A DNA stretch of 64,000 bases from a plasmid, in the sequence record NZ_CP049260.1, one strand, 5' to 3'. A program made the position numbers and the translations under genes. Under the pieces are notes generated by a model, which searched no databases, was not told the origin of the DNA, and saw only the letters and a program-made list of their open reading frames with translations. This document shows positions 32,547 to 42,844 of the stretch, piece after piece (within the stretch, counting starts at the first letter, position 1; every line of letters begins with the position of its first letter).

Positions 32547-32937
32547 TATCCACGTGATCATCAGTAACACGCCGGGCGCGCTGGCGACGCTCGGGACGCT
32601 GCTTGGTAAAAATGGCGTCGGCCTTGAAGGCGGCGGCGTCTTTTCACTGGCGCAGGAAAGCCATGCGCATTTTCTGGTGGAAGAGGGCGAAACGGCACGG
32701 CGCGTGTTGCAGGACGCCGGGTTTACGGTGCAAAACGTCACCCGTCCGCTTATCCGTAAACTGTCGCAGGCACGACCGGGCGAACTTGGCGAGATAGCCC
32801 GCGCGCTCGCCGACGGCGGCGTGAATATTCTTGTGCAGTACAGCGATCATGCGAACCGGTTGATTCTTATCACCGATAACCCTGAACAGGCAGAAAAGGT
32901 AACCAGACCATGGGCAATCCCGGACGATACTCCCTGA
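32539..32937 (+). CDS. ACT-domain-containing protein.
   Basis: ATG at 32539 overlapping the upstream stop (ATG…TGA). About 132 aa with ACT-like repeats. Confidence 0.45.
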   Translation: MYDIHVIISNTPGALATLGTLLGKNGVGLEGGGVFSLAQESHAHFLVEEGETARRVLQDAGFTVQNVTRPLIRKLSQARPGELGEIARALADGGVNILVQYSDHANRLILITDNPEQAEKVTRPWAIPDDTP

Positions 32938-33635
32938 CAGACGCCGACACCGCGCCGGGGCTTGGACAGGCGATGTCGGGCGTCGCGGCGGCGATGGCCG
33001 ATCCGTCGCGCATCGCGATGTTGTGCGCGCTGATGGATGGCCGGGCGTGGACCGCGACAGAGCTTAGCGCGGTGGCGGATATCGCGCCGTCCACCGCGAG
33101 CGCGCATCTCGCCCGGCTGCTCAGCCACGGTCTGGTGGTCTGCCTTTCTCAGGGGCGGCACCGTTACTACCGGCTGGCGGGACGTGAGATCGCCGGACTG
33201 CTGGAGACGCTAATGGGCGTCTCCATGAATCCACAGCGCCAGCCAGTGTCCAGCACACCGGGGCATTTACGCCATGCGCGCACCTGCTATGACCATCTGG
33301 CGGGCGAGCTCGCCGTGCAGCTCTACGCGTTTATGCTGGAGGAAAAATGGCTGACGCCGGACGGCAATGCGCTCACCGAACTCGGGCGCGAGCGTTTTAC
33401 GGCGCTTGGCGTACCGCTTAATCCGAAACCCAGGCGCAAAGCGTGTTGCCCGTGTCTTGACTGGAGCGAGCGGCGCTACCACCTGGGCGGCGATGCCGGT
33501 GCGGCGCTACTGACGCTCTTTTTACAGGAAGGCTGGCTTCTGAGAACGCCAGGCTACCGGGAAGTGACCGTCACTGCCGTCGGGCGCGCTGCGCTGCAAC
33601 GCGTCTTCGCTGTTAATGGCGCGGTAACAGTCTGA
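32910..33635 (+). CDS. ArsR-family winged-HTH transcriptional regulator with a C-terminal extension.
   Basis: …[43 protein letters not shown]… The start may be at 32910 or 32973. Confidence 0.6.
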   Translation: MGNPGRYSLTDADTAPGLGQAMSGVAAAMADPSRIAMLCALMDGRAWTATELSAVADIAPSTASAHLARLLSHGLVVCLSQGRHRYYRLAGREIAGLLETLMGVSMNPQRQPVSSTPGHLRHARTCYDHLAGELAVQLYAFMLEEKWLTPDGNALTELGRERFTALGVPLNPKPRRKACCPCLDWSERRYHLGGDAGAALLTLFLQEGWLLRTPGYREVTVTAVGRAALQRVFAVNGAVTV

Positions 33636-33716
33636 AAACCGCATGATAATTCATCGTCCCGTCATGCAAACACTATACTTATCAGCCCTGGACCATCGCG
33701 AAATGAGGAACCACTG

Positions 33717-34538
33717 ATGAGCACGATCAAGACGCAGGACGGCACGCAGATCTATTACAAAGACTGGGGCGCAGGCAAACCGGTGCTGTTCAGCCACGGC
33801 TGGCCGCTGGATGCGGATATGTGGGACAGCCAGATGAATTTCCTGGCGGAGCGCGGCTACCGCGTGATTGCGTTTGACCGTCGCGGCTTCGGGCGTTCCG
33901 ATCAGCCGTGGAACGGTTATGACTACGACACTTTTGCGTCTGACATCAATGACCTCATTGAGGCGCTGGATCTTCACGATGTCACGCTGGTGGGCTTCTC
34001 CATGGGCGGCGGCGATGTGGCGCGCTATATCGGCAACTACGGCACGTCGCGCATTGCGGCGCTGGTGCTGCTGGGCGCGGTGACGCCGGTGTTCGGTAAA
34101 ATCGGCGATTACAGCCAGGGCGTGGATCTCTCTGTTTTTGAAGGTATCCGCGACGGCCTGCGCAAAGACCGCGCGCAGTTTATCAGCGATTTCGCCGCGA
34201 CGTTCTACGGCACTAACGCGGGCCAGACGGTGTCGGAAGGCGTGCTGACCCAGACGCTGAATATCGCGCTGCTGGCCTCGCTGAAAGGGACTATCGACTG
34301 CGTGACCGCGTTCTCGGAAACCGACTTCCGCGGCGACCTGCAAAAAGTGGATGTGCCGACGCTGGTTATCCACGGCAGCAACGACCAGGTCGTGCCGTTT
34401 GAATCCACCGGTAAAGTGGCGGCGGAAATGATTGCTAACGCGGAACTGAAAGTATACGACAACGGCCCGCACGGCTTTGCCGTGACCCACCAGGACCAGC
34501 TGAACGACGATCTGCTGGCGTTCCTGAAATCCCTGTAA
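33717..34538 (+). CDS. Alpha/beta-hydrolase non-haem haloperoxidase (chloroperoxidase family).
   Basis: 273 aa with classic family signatures: …YYKDWGAGKPVLFSHGWPLDADMWDSQMNFLAERGYRVIAFDRRGFGRSDQPW…GFSMGGG…. Confidence 0.85.
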   Translation: MSTIKTQDGTQIYYKDWGAGKPVLFSHGWPLDADMWDSQMNFLAERGYRVIAFDRRGFGRSDQPWNGYDYDTFASDINDLIEALDLHDVTLVGFSMGGGDVARYIGNYGTSRIAALVLLGAVTPVFGKIGDYSQGVDLSVFEGIRDGLRKDRAQFISDFAATFYGTNAGQTVSEGVLTQTLNIALLASLKGTIDCVTAFSETDFRGDLQKVDVPTLVIHGSNDQVVPFESTGKVAAEMIANAELKVYDNGPHGFAVTHQDQLNDDLLAFLKSL

Positions 34539-34584
34539 GACAGCTCTGGCTGGCCGGTTTTCCGGCCAGCGTATCACTGCGGCG

Positions 34585-35961
34585 TTACGCCTCCCCGGAG
34601 GCCTCTTTCCCCACCAGCAGTGTGGTTAACACGAACGATATCACCAGCGCCATGACGACGCCTGCCAGCGCAAAGATAAAATACGGGCCGATATAGGCGG
34701 GCAGGCTGAAAATACTCGACAGAATGTAACCGTACAGCCGCACGCCAAAGAACGCGATAAACGCTGAGGCCAGCGAGCTTGCGATAGTTGCGGAGATAAA
34801 CGCTTTTTTGTAGCGCGTCAGTACGCCAAACAGTGCAGGTTCAGTAATGCCCAGCAGCGCGGAAATCGCCGCGGAGAGCGTGACGGTTTTCTCGTGGCGT
34901 TCTTTATTCAGACGCCAGATGGCAAATGTCGAGCCAGCAATGGCCATGTTCGCCATAAACATCATCGGCATCAGCATGTCATAGCCGCGATCGCTGAAGT
35001 TTTGCAGCGCAATCGGCGTCATGGCGTGGTGCATCCCGGTCAGGACGGCCACCGGGCGGATCGCGCCCACAATGAGCCCGGCAAAGCTCGCCGAGACGCT
35101 GAACAGCCCTTCGATAAACAGCGCCAGCCCTTTGCCAAGCCAGATACCAATCGGGCCTATCACCACCAGCGCCGCCAGCGCGCCAATAAACAGGGTTAAC
35201 GTGGGCGTAAACACGGTTTTCAGCACGTCAGGCATGATGTGGTCGACCCAGCGGTAGATGTAGCTCAACGCCAGGACAGAGAAAATCACCGGAATGACGC
35301 TTGCCGAATAGTTAAACACCGAGACCGGAATGGCATTGAGCAGCCAGAGCGCGCTGACCGCGCCTTCCTGATGCGTCGCCAGCGCTTTGGCGGCGTCAAT
35401 CAGCGACGGATACATCAGGCACGCGGCGACGGCCGCCGCCAGGTATTCATTCACCTTAAAAATTCTGGCGGCAGAGACCGCAAGGAAAAAGGGCAGAAAG
35501 TAAAACACGCCGCTGGCGATAAGATCGATGATCACGACCGTATCGCTTTTGGCGGAAACCACTTTCAGGGCGACTAAGCCTGCCAGCAAGCCCTTGATCA
35601 TCCCGGCCCCGGCAATTGCCGGCACAATCGGGCCGAACACGCCAGAGACCGTATCCATAAAGAGCGATACCAGGCCTTTGCGTCCTTTGGCGGGCGTCGT
35701 GGCGGCTGCGGGTTTATCGCCCAGCGCGCTGAGCATCTGTTCGTACCAGCTATTCACCTTCGGCCCGATGATGACCTGAAACTGATCGCTCTGAAGCTGT
35801 GCGCCCAGCACACCGGGGAGCTTTTTTATCGCAGCCTGATCGACTTTTGCATCATCAACTAAATCGAAACGCAGTCGCGTCATACAGTGCCAGACTTTAT
35901 TAATATTCCCCTGGCCGCCGACCAGACGGATAATATTATTAATGGCTTCTTGCGTCCCCAT
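34585..35961 (-). CDS. PTS EIIBC component (glucose/sucrose superfamily). EIIB with the CMTRLRF cysteine motif is followed by the EIIC permease. No EIIA domain.
   Basis: 458 aa. The N-terminal EIIB (…GGQGNINKVWHCMTRLRF…) is followed by about 10 TM segments. Resembles TreB/MurP-type EIIBC proteins. Confidence 0.8.
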   Translation of the reverse strand: MGTQEAINNIIRLVGGQGNINKVWHCMTRLRFDLVDDAKVDQAAIKKLPGVLGAQLQSDQFQVIIGPKVNSWYEQMLSALGDKPAAATTPAKGRKGLVSLFMDTVSGVFGPIVPAIAGAGMIKGLLAGLVALKVVSAKSDTVVIIDLIASGVFYFLPFFLAVSAARIFKVNEYLAAAVAACLMYPSLIDAAKALATHQEGAVSALWLLNAIPVSVFNYSASVIPVIFSVLALSYIYRWVDHIMPDVLKTVFTPTLTLFIGALAALVVIGPIGIWLGKGLALFIEGLFSVSASFAGLIVGAIRPVAVLTGMHHAMTPIALQNFSDRGYDMLMPMMFMANMAIAGSTFAIWRLNKERHEKTVTLSAAISALLGITEPALFGVLTRYKKAFISATIASSLASAFIAFFGVRLYGYILSSIFSLPAYIGPYFIFALAGVVMALVISFVLTTLLVGKEASGEA

Positions 35962-36240
35962 AATGACTCCTGCCGAATGTTGTTGTCGTTTTAATGGTCC
36001 AGTGAAGGATAATTAAACCTTTCTGACAAAACAAACCAATAAAAGTTGATTTTGCTCACATCTTTCCTTCCGGTGTGGTTTTAAAGCGGTGTAATCGTAA
36101 AATTGGTATGGTTTATTGATGATTTTAAAAAGAAATTACTGACCAAAATAAATAGTCACAAAAAAGGTTTACCCGCCATTATTTTTAAGGTCATGATATT
36201 GACATTCCGTATTTCCACAGCGCTGCAAAGGAGTGATTTC

Positions 36241-37440
36241 GTGACGCCTGTGAGCATCAAAAATATCGAATGTTTTATCACCCGCCCGGACAGGCATAAC
36301 CTGGTGACGGTTCGCGTGACGACCGACCAGGGCGTGACGGGGCACGGCTGCGCCACGTTCCAGCAGCGTCCGCTCGCCGTTAAAACGCTGGTGGAGGAGT
36401 ATTTACAGCCGCTGCTGACGGGCCGTGATGCGAACAATATCGAAGATCTGTGGCAGATGATGAACGTCAACGCCTACTGGCGTAACGGCCCGGTGATGAA
36501 CAACGCAATATCGGGCGTGGATATGGCGCTGTGGGATATTAAAAGCCAGCTCGCCGGTATGCCGCTGTATCAGCTTTTTGGCGGCAAATCCCGTGACGCG
36601 ATCCCGGCATACAGCCACGCCAGCGGCGACACGCTGGACGCGCTTTTTGCGTCGGTGGATGGGCTCATCGAACAGGGATATCGCCATATCCGCTGCCAGC
36701 TCGGTTTTTATGGCGGTACGCCTTCTGGCCTGCACGCGCCGGAAAACCCGACGCCAGGCGCGTGGTTCGATCAGCAGGAATATATGCGTAATACCGTCGA
36801 TATGTTCCGCGCGCTGCGTGAGAAATATGGCTGGAGCCTGCATTTTTTGCATGATGTTCACGAGCGTCTGTTCCCGCAGCAGGCGGTGCAGCTTGCGAAA
36901 CAACTGGAGCCTTACCAGCCCTATTTTATTGAAGATATTCTGCCGCCCCAGCAGAGCGCCTGGCTTGAACAGGTACGCCAGCACAGCTGCGTGCCGCTGG
37001 CGATGGGCGAGCTCTTTAATAACCCAAGTGAATGGCACGATCTGATCGTCAACCGCCGTATCGATTTTATCCGCTGCCACGTCTCGCAAATCGGCGGGAT
37101 CACCCCGGCGCTGAAGCTCGCGCATCTGTGCCAGGCGTTCGGTGTGCGTCTCGCGTGGCATGGCCCGGGCGATATGACCCCGATTGGCGTGGCGGTGAAC
37201 ACGCATTTAAACATTCATCTGCATAACGCGGCGATTCAGGAATTTATTCCGCGCTCGGCCATGACCGATCGGGTTTTCCCCGGCGCGCCGGAGGTGAAAG
37301 AGGGCTTTATCTATCCGCCGGTAAATGCCGGCATCGGCGTCGGGTTTAACGAGGCGCTGGCGCAGGCGCATCCGGTGATGTATCGCCCGCATGAATGGAC
37401 ACAAAGCCGCCTGCCGGACGGCACGCTTCACACGCCCTGA
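36241..37440 (+). CDS. Enolase-superfamily dehydratase of the RspA/ManD (D-mannonate dehydratase-like) subgroup.
   Basis: GTG at 36241 with an AGGAG ribosome-binding site 7 nt upstream. Nearly collinear with E. coli RspA (…[33 protein letters not shown]…HDVHERL…EDILPP…). Confidence 0.8.
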   Translation: MTPVSIKNIECFITRPDRHNLVTVRVTTDQGVTGHGCATFQQRPLAVKTLVEEYLQPLLTGRDANNIEDLWQMMNVNAYWRNGPVMNNAISGVDMALWDIKSQLAGMPLYQLFGGKSRDAIPAYSHASGDTLDALFASVDGLIEQGYRHIRCQLGFYGGTPSGLHAPENPTPGAWFDQQEYMRNTVDMFRALREKYGWSLHFLHDVHERLFPQQAVQLAKQLEPYQPYFIEDILPPQQSAWLEQVRQHSCVPLAMGELFNNPSEWHDLIVNRRIDFIRCHVSQIGGITPALKLAHLCQAFGVRLAWHGPGDMTPIGVAVNTHLNIHLHNAAIQEFIPRSAMTDRVFPGAPEVKEGFIYPPVNAGIGVGFNEALAQAHPVMYRPHEWTQSRLPDGTLHTP

Positions 37441-38147
37441 TGCTGGCGGCGGGTCAGCGTGTCGCGGTTATACGGAATGACATAGGTGCAGGTATAGTTG
37501 ATATCAATAATATCGCTCACCTCAAACACGCGCCCGCCCTCCAGAATGCCGCGATTATTAATATGCATCGCCGGGCTGCCTTTCTTGCAGCCCAGCAGTA
37601 TCGCCTGTTCGCGGCCCACGCTCACGGCGCGGTAGGTGGTCAGCAGGTGTGAAATCGTCAGCCCTTTACTCAGCACATATTGCTGAATGGAATGCTCAAT
37701 CACCTGTTGGTTAAGGTCAGGAAAATCCGCCGCCGGCATGCTGGAGATTTCCAGCTGAACCGGCGCGTCGTCGACATAGCGCAGGCGGCAAAAATGCCAG
37801 ATAAAGCTCTCCTCACCAATGCCGAAAATCTGCTGCGCCGCTTTGTCCGGACGCTTTTTATGCAGGCTAATCATCCGGTAGCGAATTTGATCGAAGCGTT
37901 TTTCGGTAATCGAGTTATACACCAGCGGATTATTGCGCGCCTGCTCGTTGATCCAGGCGCCTGAGCCCTGAACAATCCGTACCACGCCGATGCTCACCAG
38001 CTTTTCCAGCGCCTGGCGAATGGTAAAACGCGAGACGCCATATTCTTCCGCTAACTGCCGTTCCGGCGACAGCTTCCGCGGGCCAGTCGTAGTGTCCTGG
38101 TAAATTTTGCTGAGCAGATCCTGAGTCACAAACTCTGTTTTATTCAT
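37428..38147 (-). CDS. GntR-family regulator (HutC subfamily, UTRA effector domain).
   Basis: ATG at 38147. HTH …[24 protein letters not shown]… with a C-terminal UTRA-like domain. Confidence 0.8.
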   Translation of the reverse strand: MNKTEFVTQDLLSKIYQDTTTGPRKLSPERQLAEEYGVSRFTIRQALEKLVSIGVVRIVQGSGAWINEQARNNPLVYNSITEKRFDQIRYRMISLHKKRPDKAAQQIFGIGEESFIWHFCRLRYVDDAPVQLEISSMPAADFPDLNQQVIEHSIQQYVLSKGLTISHLLTTYRAVSVGREQAILLGCKKGSPAMHINNRGILEGGRVFEVSDIIDINYTCTYVIPYNRDTLTRRQHQGV

Positions 38148-38342
38148 TATCTTTACCTGCATAACGTCGGCGGGGCGCGGGGTCAAGCGTATCATTTAGC
38201 GGCGTTTTTTTCAGTCTGCCGGAAGGAAAGCTGTGTGGTGAATCGCTGCGGGTAAGCGTGAGGCAGGGGCTGCCCGGAAGCAAAAAACAGAAAAGTCATT
38301 CCACATGAGCGGCATGCGGAATGACTTTAACATCAGGACTTA

Positions 38343-38636
38343 TCAGCCATATTTACGCGCAAAGTTTTCATCGGTATCACACAGATAAATGATGAACTCG
38401 ACAAACGCGATAATCGAAGGAATAAAGGTCCAGCAGAAGATGAGATAAAGTAAGCCCTGGCCGATTTTACCTAGATAGAATTTATGTGCTCCGAAACCGC
38501 CCAGGAAAAATGCGAGTAACGCGGCGCTGATTCTGTTTTTATTCCCGCCAGTGAACTGCGTCGCACCGCACTGTGGGCAGGCTCTGGCCGATTCATGAAT
38601 TTCTTTCCCGCACCCGCGGCAAAACACCATCGACAT
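38343..38636 (-). CDS. Zinc-ribbon plus TM2-domain small membrane protein.
   Basis: CxxC…CxxC N-terminus, then the TM2 motif …AALLAFFLGGFGAHKFYLGKIGQGLLYLIF…. Confidence 0.7.
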   Translation of the reverse strand: MSMVFCRGCGKEIHESARACPQCGATQFTGGNKNRISAALLAFFLGGFGAHKFYLGKIGQGLLYLIFCWTFIPSIIAFVEFIIYLCDTDENFARKYG

Positions 38637-38775
38637 TTTGGTATCCTTATTGTCGTTATTGATTTCTACGAAACGATTGCTGTTCAGCGCAATAATACGC
38701 TTTTAGTGCATTAAGAGATAACCCTAAATAACGGGCTGAACGGCACTTATTCAGTGCGACCGTAAAGGAGGCACC

Positions 38776-39123
38776 ATGTTACTGGAAAGGCTCACTACGC
38801 TCGAACAAAGCCTGCATGGCGACCAGCGCCGCGACCGCGACTGGCTTGAATACCTGCTTCACCCGCAGTTTTGCGAGGTGACACGCTCCGGTGTCCTGGT
38901 CAGTCGGGATGAAACAATTGATGCGCTGACACAGGAAACCGGCACCGCGTTTATTGTGAGCGATAGTTTTACGCTGCTGCCGGTAAACGCCGGTAGCGCT
39001 ATTCTGCGCTACCGCACGTGTACGCCCGAAGGCCAGCGTCCGGCATGGCGCGCGTCACATTGGGTGCGTGTGGATGAAACGCGCTGGCAGCTTATTTTTC
39101 ATCAGGGCACGCCTGCCGTCTGA
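38776..39123 (+). CDS. DUF4440 / NTF2-like-fold protein.
   Basis: 115 aa with an SnoaL-like pattern. Confidence 0.45.
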   Translation: MLLERLTTLEQSLHGDQRRDRDWLEYLLHPQFCEVTRSGVLVSRDETIDALTQETGTAFIVSDSFTLLPVNAGSAILRYRTCTPEGQRPAWRASHWVRVDETRWQLIFHQGTPAV

Positions 39124-39272
39124 CCATTATCCGTCATGTTACCGTTAACGGTGTGAGCCGGTGTTCCGCCCGGTTAAATTATTGTCACCAGACGGGCGTA
39201 AGCCCCTCCAGAAACGGCCGCCGATACCGATAACCCCTGAAGCCATGTTGGTGATTTCCGGGGAACCGTGTC

Positions 39273-40850
39273 GTGACTCTCAGACAGTTTATTTCCTACC
39301 GACTAGGGTTGAGCACGTCACTTGGCCGAAGTCTGGCTGTCTTACTTCTGTTCCTCCTGGTGGGCGGGATCGGCACGAATGTACTGGTGTTTATGCACTC
39401 CTGGGATGATGAGATAGCACAGGCCGCCAATAAGGCAGTCAACCTCTCTGTCGCCCAGGTGCGTCAGGCGGAGGATACCTTTATGGCAGTCGGCCAGACG
39501 CTTGATGACGTGCGCGCGGCGGTCAGTGCCGGGCAGGCCACGACGTACCATAGCTATCTGGTGCGCCTGAAAGCGCGTCAGCCGCTGCTCGACGGGCTCT
39601 ATTTCTACAACGCGCAGGGCATTATCAAAGGTTCCTCATCCGGCATCAGCGGCATTCCGGGCGATATTACGCATCAGGACTATTTCCAGTTTCATTACGA
39701 GAACCGCCAGACCGGCATTCATATCGGGCGCGTGATTAAAAGCCTGGCGTCCGGTGAGCTGGTGATCCCGGTATCGATCAGGGTTAACGATCTCAGCGGT
39801 GGCTTCGCGGGCGTGGTGCTCGCTACCGTTAAGCTTGACTATTTCCGCCGCTTTTACAGCTATTTCGAGCTCGGCCCGCGCGACATGCTGGCACTGCTGC
39901 TGACCGACGGTTCGGTGCTCTGTGTGCGACCCTACGATGAAGCGAAAATTGACATGAATATTGCCGGCAGTCCGCTGTTTACCCGCGAGCTGATTCGCGC
40001 CGACCGCGGCACCGGCACCTGGGTGGCGTCGCTTGACCATATCGAAAGGGTATTCGGCTTTGCGCGCACAGAAAAACTGCCGCTGGTGGTGGTCGCCGGT
40101 TACGATCGCGCCGAGGTGCGTATGCACTGGCTGCGTAATAATCTGCCGGGACTGCTCTCTAACTTTATGCTGCTGCTCGGGTTTCTGCTGTTCAGCTCTG
40201 TGGTGTTTCGCAAAGTGCGTGGCAGCATTCGCGATCAGCAGGAGCTCAAACAACTGCGCGACGAGCTTCTCAAAGCAAACCAGACGTTTAAATCGATGGC
40301 GATGGCCGACAGCCTGACGGGGCTTGCCAACCGCCGCAAGTTTGATACCACCCTCGCGAAAGTGCTGGCGGACGCCGCGGCTACAGGAAGCCCCGTGTCG
40401 CTGATTATGCTCGATATCGATTTCTTCAAGCGCTACAACGACAGCCGCGGCCATGCCGCCGGGGACGCCTGTCTGCGGCTTATCAGCAATACGTTGCAGA
40501 TGGTGACGCTGCGCACCAGCGATCTGGTGGCGCGTTACGGTGGAGAAGAGTTCGCGATCGTGCTGCCGGATACCACCGGCGAAGAAGCGCTGGCGCTGGC
40601 GCAGCGGGCTGTCTGTATGGTCAGGGAAAAACATCTGCCGCACCCGTCGACGGATCTGCCGGAGCAGATCGTCACCATCAGCGCCGGTTGCCATACGGTG
40701 CGGGGCAACGGGCGCGAGGACGCATTCAGCGTACTCATTCGCGGTGCCGATACTGCGCTTTATCTTGCGAAAAACCACGGGCGTAATCAGGCATACCGGT
40801 TCTCGAATACCATTGCGACCGGCAATGATAAATCCATTTATGCGGCTTAA
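39273..40850 (+). CDS. Sensor diguanylate cyclase (periplasmic Cache-like sensor, TM, GGDEF with an intact GGEEF motif).
   Basis: GTG start. Two TM segments flank an about 260-aa periplasmic domain. The GGDEF domain carries RYGGEEF and predicted I-site residues. Confidence 0.85.
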   Translation: MTLRQFISYRLGLSTSLGRSLAVLLLFLLVGGIGTNVLVFMHSWDDEIAQAANKAVNLSVAQVRQAEDTFMAVGQTLDDVRAAVSAGQATTYHSYLVRLKARQPLLDGLYFYNAQGIIKGSSSGISGIPGDITHQDYFQFHYENRQTGIHIGRVIKSLASGELVIPVSIRVNDLSGGFAGVVLATVKLDYFRRFYSYFELGPRDMLALLLTDGSVLCVRPYDEAKIDMNIAGSPLFTRELIRADRGTGTWVASLDHIERVFGFARTEKLPLVVVAGYDRAEVRMHWLRNNLPGLLSNFMLLLGFLLFSSVVFRKVRGSIRDQQELKQLRDELLKANQTFKSMAMADSLTGLANRRKFDTTLAKVLADAAATGSPVSLIMLDIDFFKRYNDSRGHAAGDACLRLISNTLQMVTLRTSDLVARYGGEEFAIVLPDTTGEEALALAQRAVCMVREKHLPHPSTDLPEQIVTISAGCHTVRGNGREDAFSVLIRGADTALYLAKNHGRNQAYRFSNTIATGNDKSIYAA

Positions 40851-40942
40851 GGCGTGATGCTTGTTTTGTAAGGAAACGATGGGGCCGCAGAAGGGCAGGA
40901 GAGGTTCACCGTCAGTACAACCCTCTCTGACGGTGCGAGGTT

Positions 40943-41758
40943 TTAGTGCTGACTCACACGCGCCAGGAACGTGTTCCACTGGGATTTCAGGGCATCGACA
41001 TGCGCTTTTTCGAGCTGTTTTACTGGCGTGGGGTCCCGGCTTTCATTCACTTTGCTCATAAAGCCAGAAAACCACTGCGGTGCGCTGGAAGAGCTTGCCG
41101 TCACGGCAAGTATATCGTTGCGCGCTTTCTGGGATTCCCCTTTACCGGCCTCCAGCAGGCTGAGCTGATTTTCGTACTGCTTCACGCTCGCCATATCGCC
41201 GCTCTGTTTGGCGATGTCGATAAACGCCTGTGTCATCGTTTTCATCTCGTCGTCCCGCGCGGCGGTTTTCTTTGTCATCCATGCGGTGACAATGTCCTGC
41301 GCTTTGGCCTGATTCTCCTGCGGCACATACTTCGCCACAAGATAGTTCAGTTTGGCCTGCTGCATGGCGAGATCCATATCGCTGGTCGTTGAGTTGGACG
41401 TGCTGGCGGCAGGTGTGTTCAGCGCTTCGGAGAGCAGGCTGCCCATATCCAGAGACGAGAGCGTGGAGAGTTTAGAAAAGTCTGCAAAGTTATCGTTGAT
41501 TTCACTGTGCAGGACAAGGCCCGGCACACTGCTGTTCGCCTGTTGCTCCAGCACGGCGCGACGCTGTGCCAGCATGTTTTGCAGGCTTTTTTCACGCTCT
41601 TCTTTGCTTTGCCCGGCATTGACGGGCGTGTCACTGCCGGACTGCACGGCGCTGGCTTTGTCGGCTGATATAGCGACCGTTTCCGGGACTTTTTTACGGG
41701 TGTAATAATCACTGCTTACGGCGTAGCTGTCCTGCATGGCGGGTACGATGGTGGTCAC
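40943..41758 (-). CDS. Hypothetical hydrophilic, Ser/Thr/Gln-rich protein with no TM segment.
   Basis: GTG at 41758 preceded by a GGAAGGAG ribosome-binding site. 271 aa, predicted coiled-coil and low-complexity regions. No family recognised. Confidence 0.4.
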   Translation of the reverse strand: MTTIVPAMQDSYAVSSDYYTRKKVPETVAISADKASAVQSGSDTPVNAGQSKEEREKSLQNMLAQRRAVLEQQANSSVPGLVLHSEINDNFADFSKLSTLSSLDMGSLLSEALNTPAASTSNSTTSDMDLAMQQAKLNYLVAKYVPQENQAKAQDIVTAWMTKKTAARDDEMKTMTQAFIDIAKQSGDMASVKQYENQLSLLEAGKGESQKARNDILAVTASSSSAPQWFSGFMSKVNESRDPTPVKQLEKAHVDALKSQWNTFLARVSQH

Positions 41759-41791
41759 TTTCCGAACTCCTTCCGGTTGAAATAGCATCAA

Positions 41792-42343
41792 GGAGCTTAT
41801 CGGCGGGTGGTTTCATCCCTTTAGGTATGTATCCCTTTCCCCACCTGTTCTGGGAGGTAGGCCTGTGTTTAAGAGGCTTGAATAAGCGCTGAGGTATTTT
41901 TCCAGGAAATTAATCAAATTATTAATACTTCACTTTCAATCGAATAAGGGCATTTAAGATAAATCGCAGGTACGTGTTTTTGTTTTCAGAAAAGCAATCG
42001 TAAAAGCTGTTTGTTTTATAAGATATTCTTACCGTAACTGTTCATGACAAGAGAATATGATAATTTTTCATTATTAAATTTAAAAAATGTCAGTTTGGAT
42101 TTTCCTACAAATGGTTTGCTAATTTTTGTGAGCTACACCACATTTAATTTGTTCATAAGATTAATGCTCCGGCAATAAAAATGAAACAAATGCAGGATAT
42201 ACGCAGAAATAATTCGAATGAGATTCGTCTTAATTTCCGGGGCGGTATTGTTTAGCCTTTTGAATAAACTTACAGTGAAACCGAATTATTTGCCTGCGGG
42301 CTCTGCTTATTCTCACCTGCTATCTGATAACACGGAGTATTAC
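41792..42343. promoter_or_regulatory. AT-rich (about 30% GC) intergenic region upstream of the orphan hcp. Probably a xenogeneic-silencing target and promoter region.
   Basis: 550 bp of strongly AT-rich DNA next to GC-rich flanks. Confidence 0.4.
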
Positions 42344-42826
42344 ATGGCTATTGATATGTTCCTGAAAGTGGAAGGCGTGACTGGCGAATCGAAAGATGCT
42401 AACCATTCCAGCTGGATCGATGTGCTTTCTTTTAACTGGGGCGCAGCGCAGCCGGGCAATATGGCGGTCGGCGGTGGTGGCGGTGCCGGTAAAGTTAACT
42501 TTCAGGATTTAGCCGTTCAGGCCATTGTGGATAAAGGCACGCCCGCCATTCTTAAATTCTGCGCCAGCGGTAAACATGTCAATAAGGTTGAGCTTTCTGT
42601 CTGTAAAGCCGGTGGTCAGCAGGTGGAATATTCGAAAATTGTTCTTGAAGATGTGCTGGTAACCCGCACGGAATTTACCGGCGTTGGTCAGACGGATACG
42701 GTTCTTGTCAGTTACTACTTCCAGGCCGCGAAGGTGAATTTCCATTACTGGGAACAGTCGAACCAGGGTACCAAAGGTGCGGAAACCAAAGCCGGTTGGG
42801 ATATTAAACAAAATAAAGAGCTCTGA
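42344..42826 (+). CDS. hcp: Type VI secretion tube protein Hcp (TssD).
   Basis: ATG at 42344 after a GGAG ribosome-binding site. The 160-aa product begins MAIDMFLKVEGVTGESKDANHSSWIDVLSFNWGAAQPGN…, a canonical Hcp sequence. Confidence 0.9.
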   Translation: MAIDMFLKVEGVTGESKDANHSSWIDVLSFNWGAAQPGNMAVGGGGGAGKVNFQDLAVQAIVDKGTPAILKFCASGKHVNKVELSVCKAGGQQVEYSKIVLEDVLVTRTEFTGVGQTDTVLVSYYFQAAKVNFHYWEQSNQGTKGAETKAGWDIKQNKEL

Positions 42827-42844
42827 TAAGAAAGGAGTGGCAAG

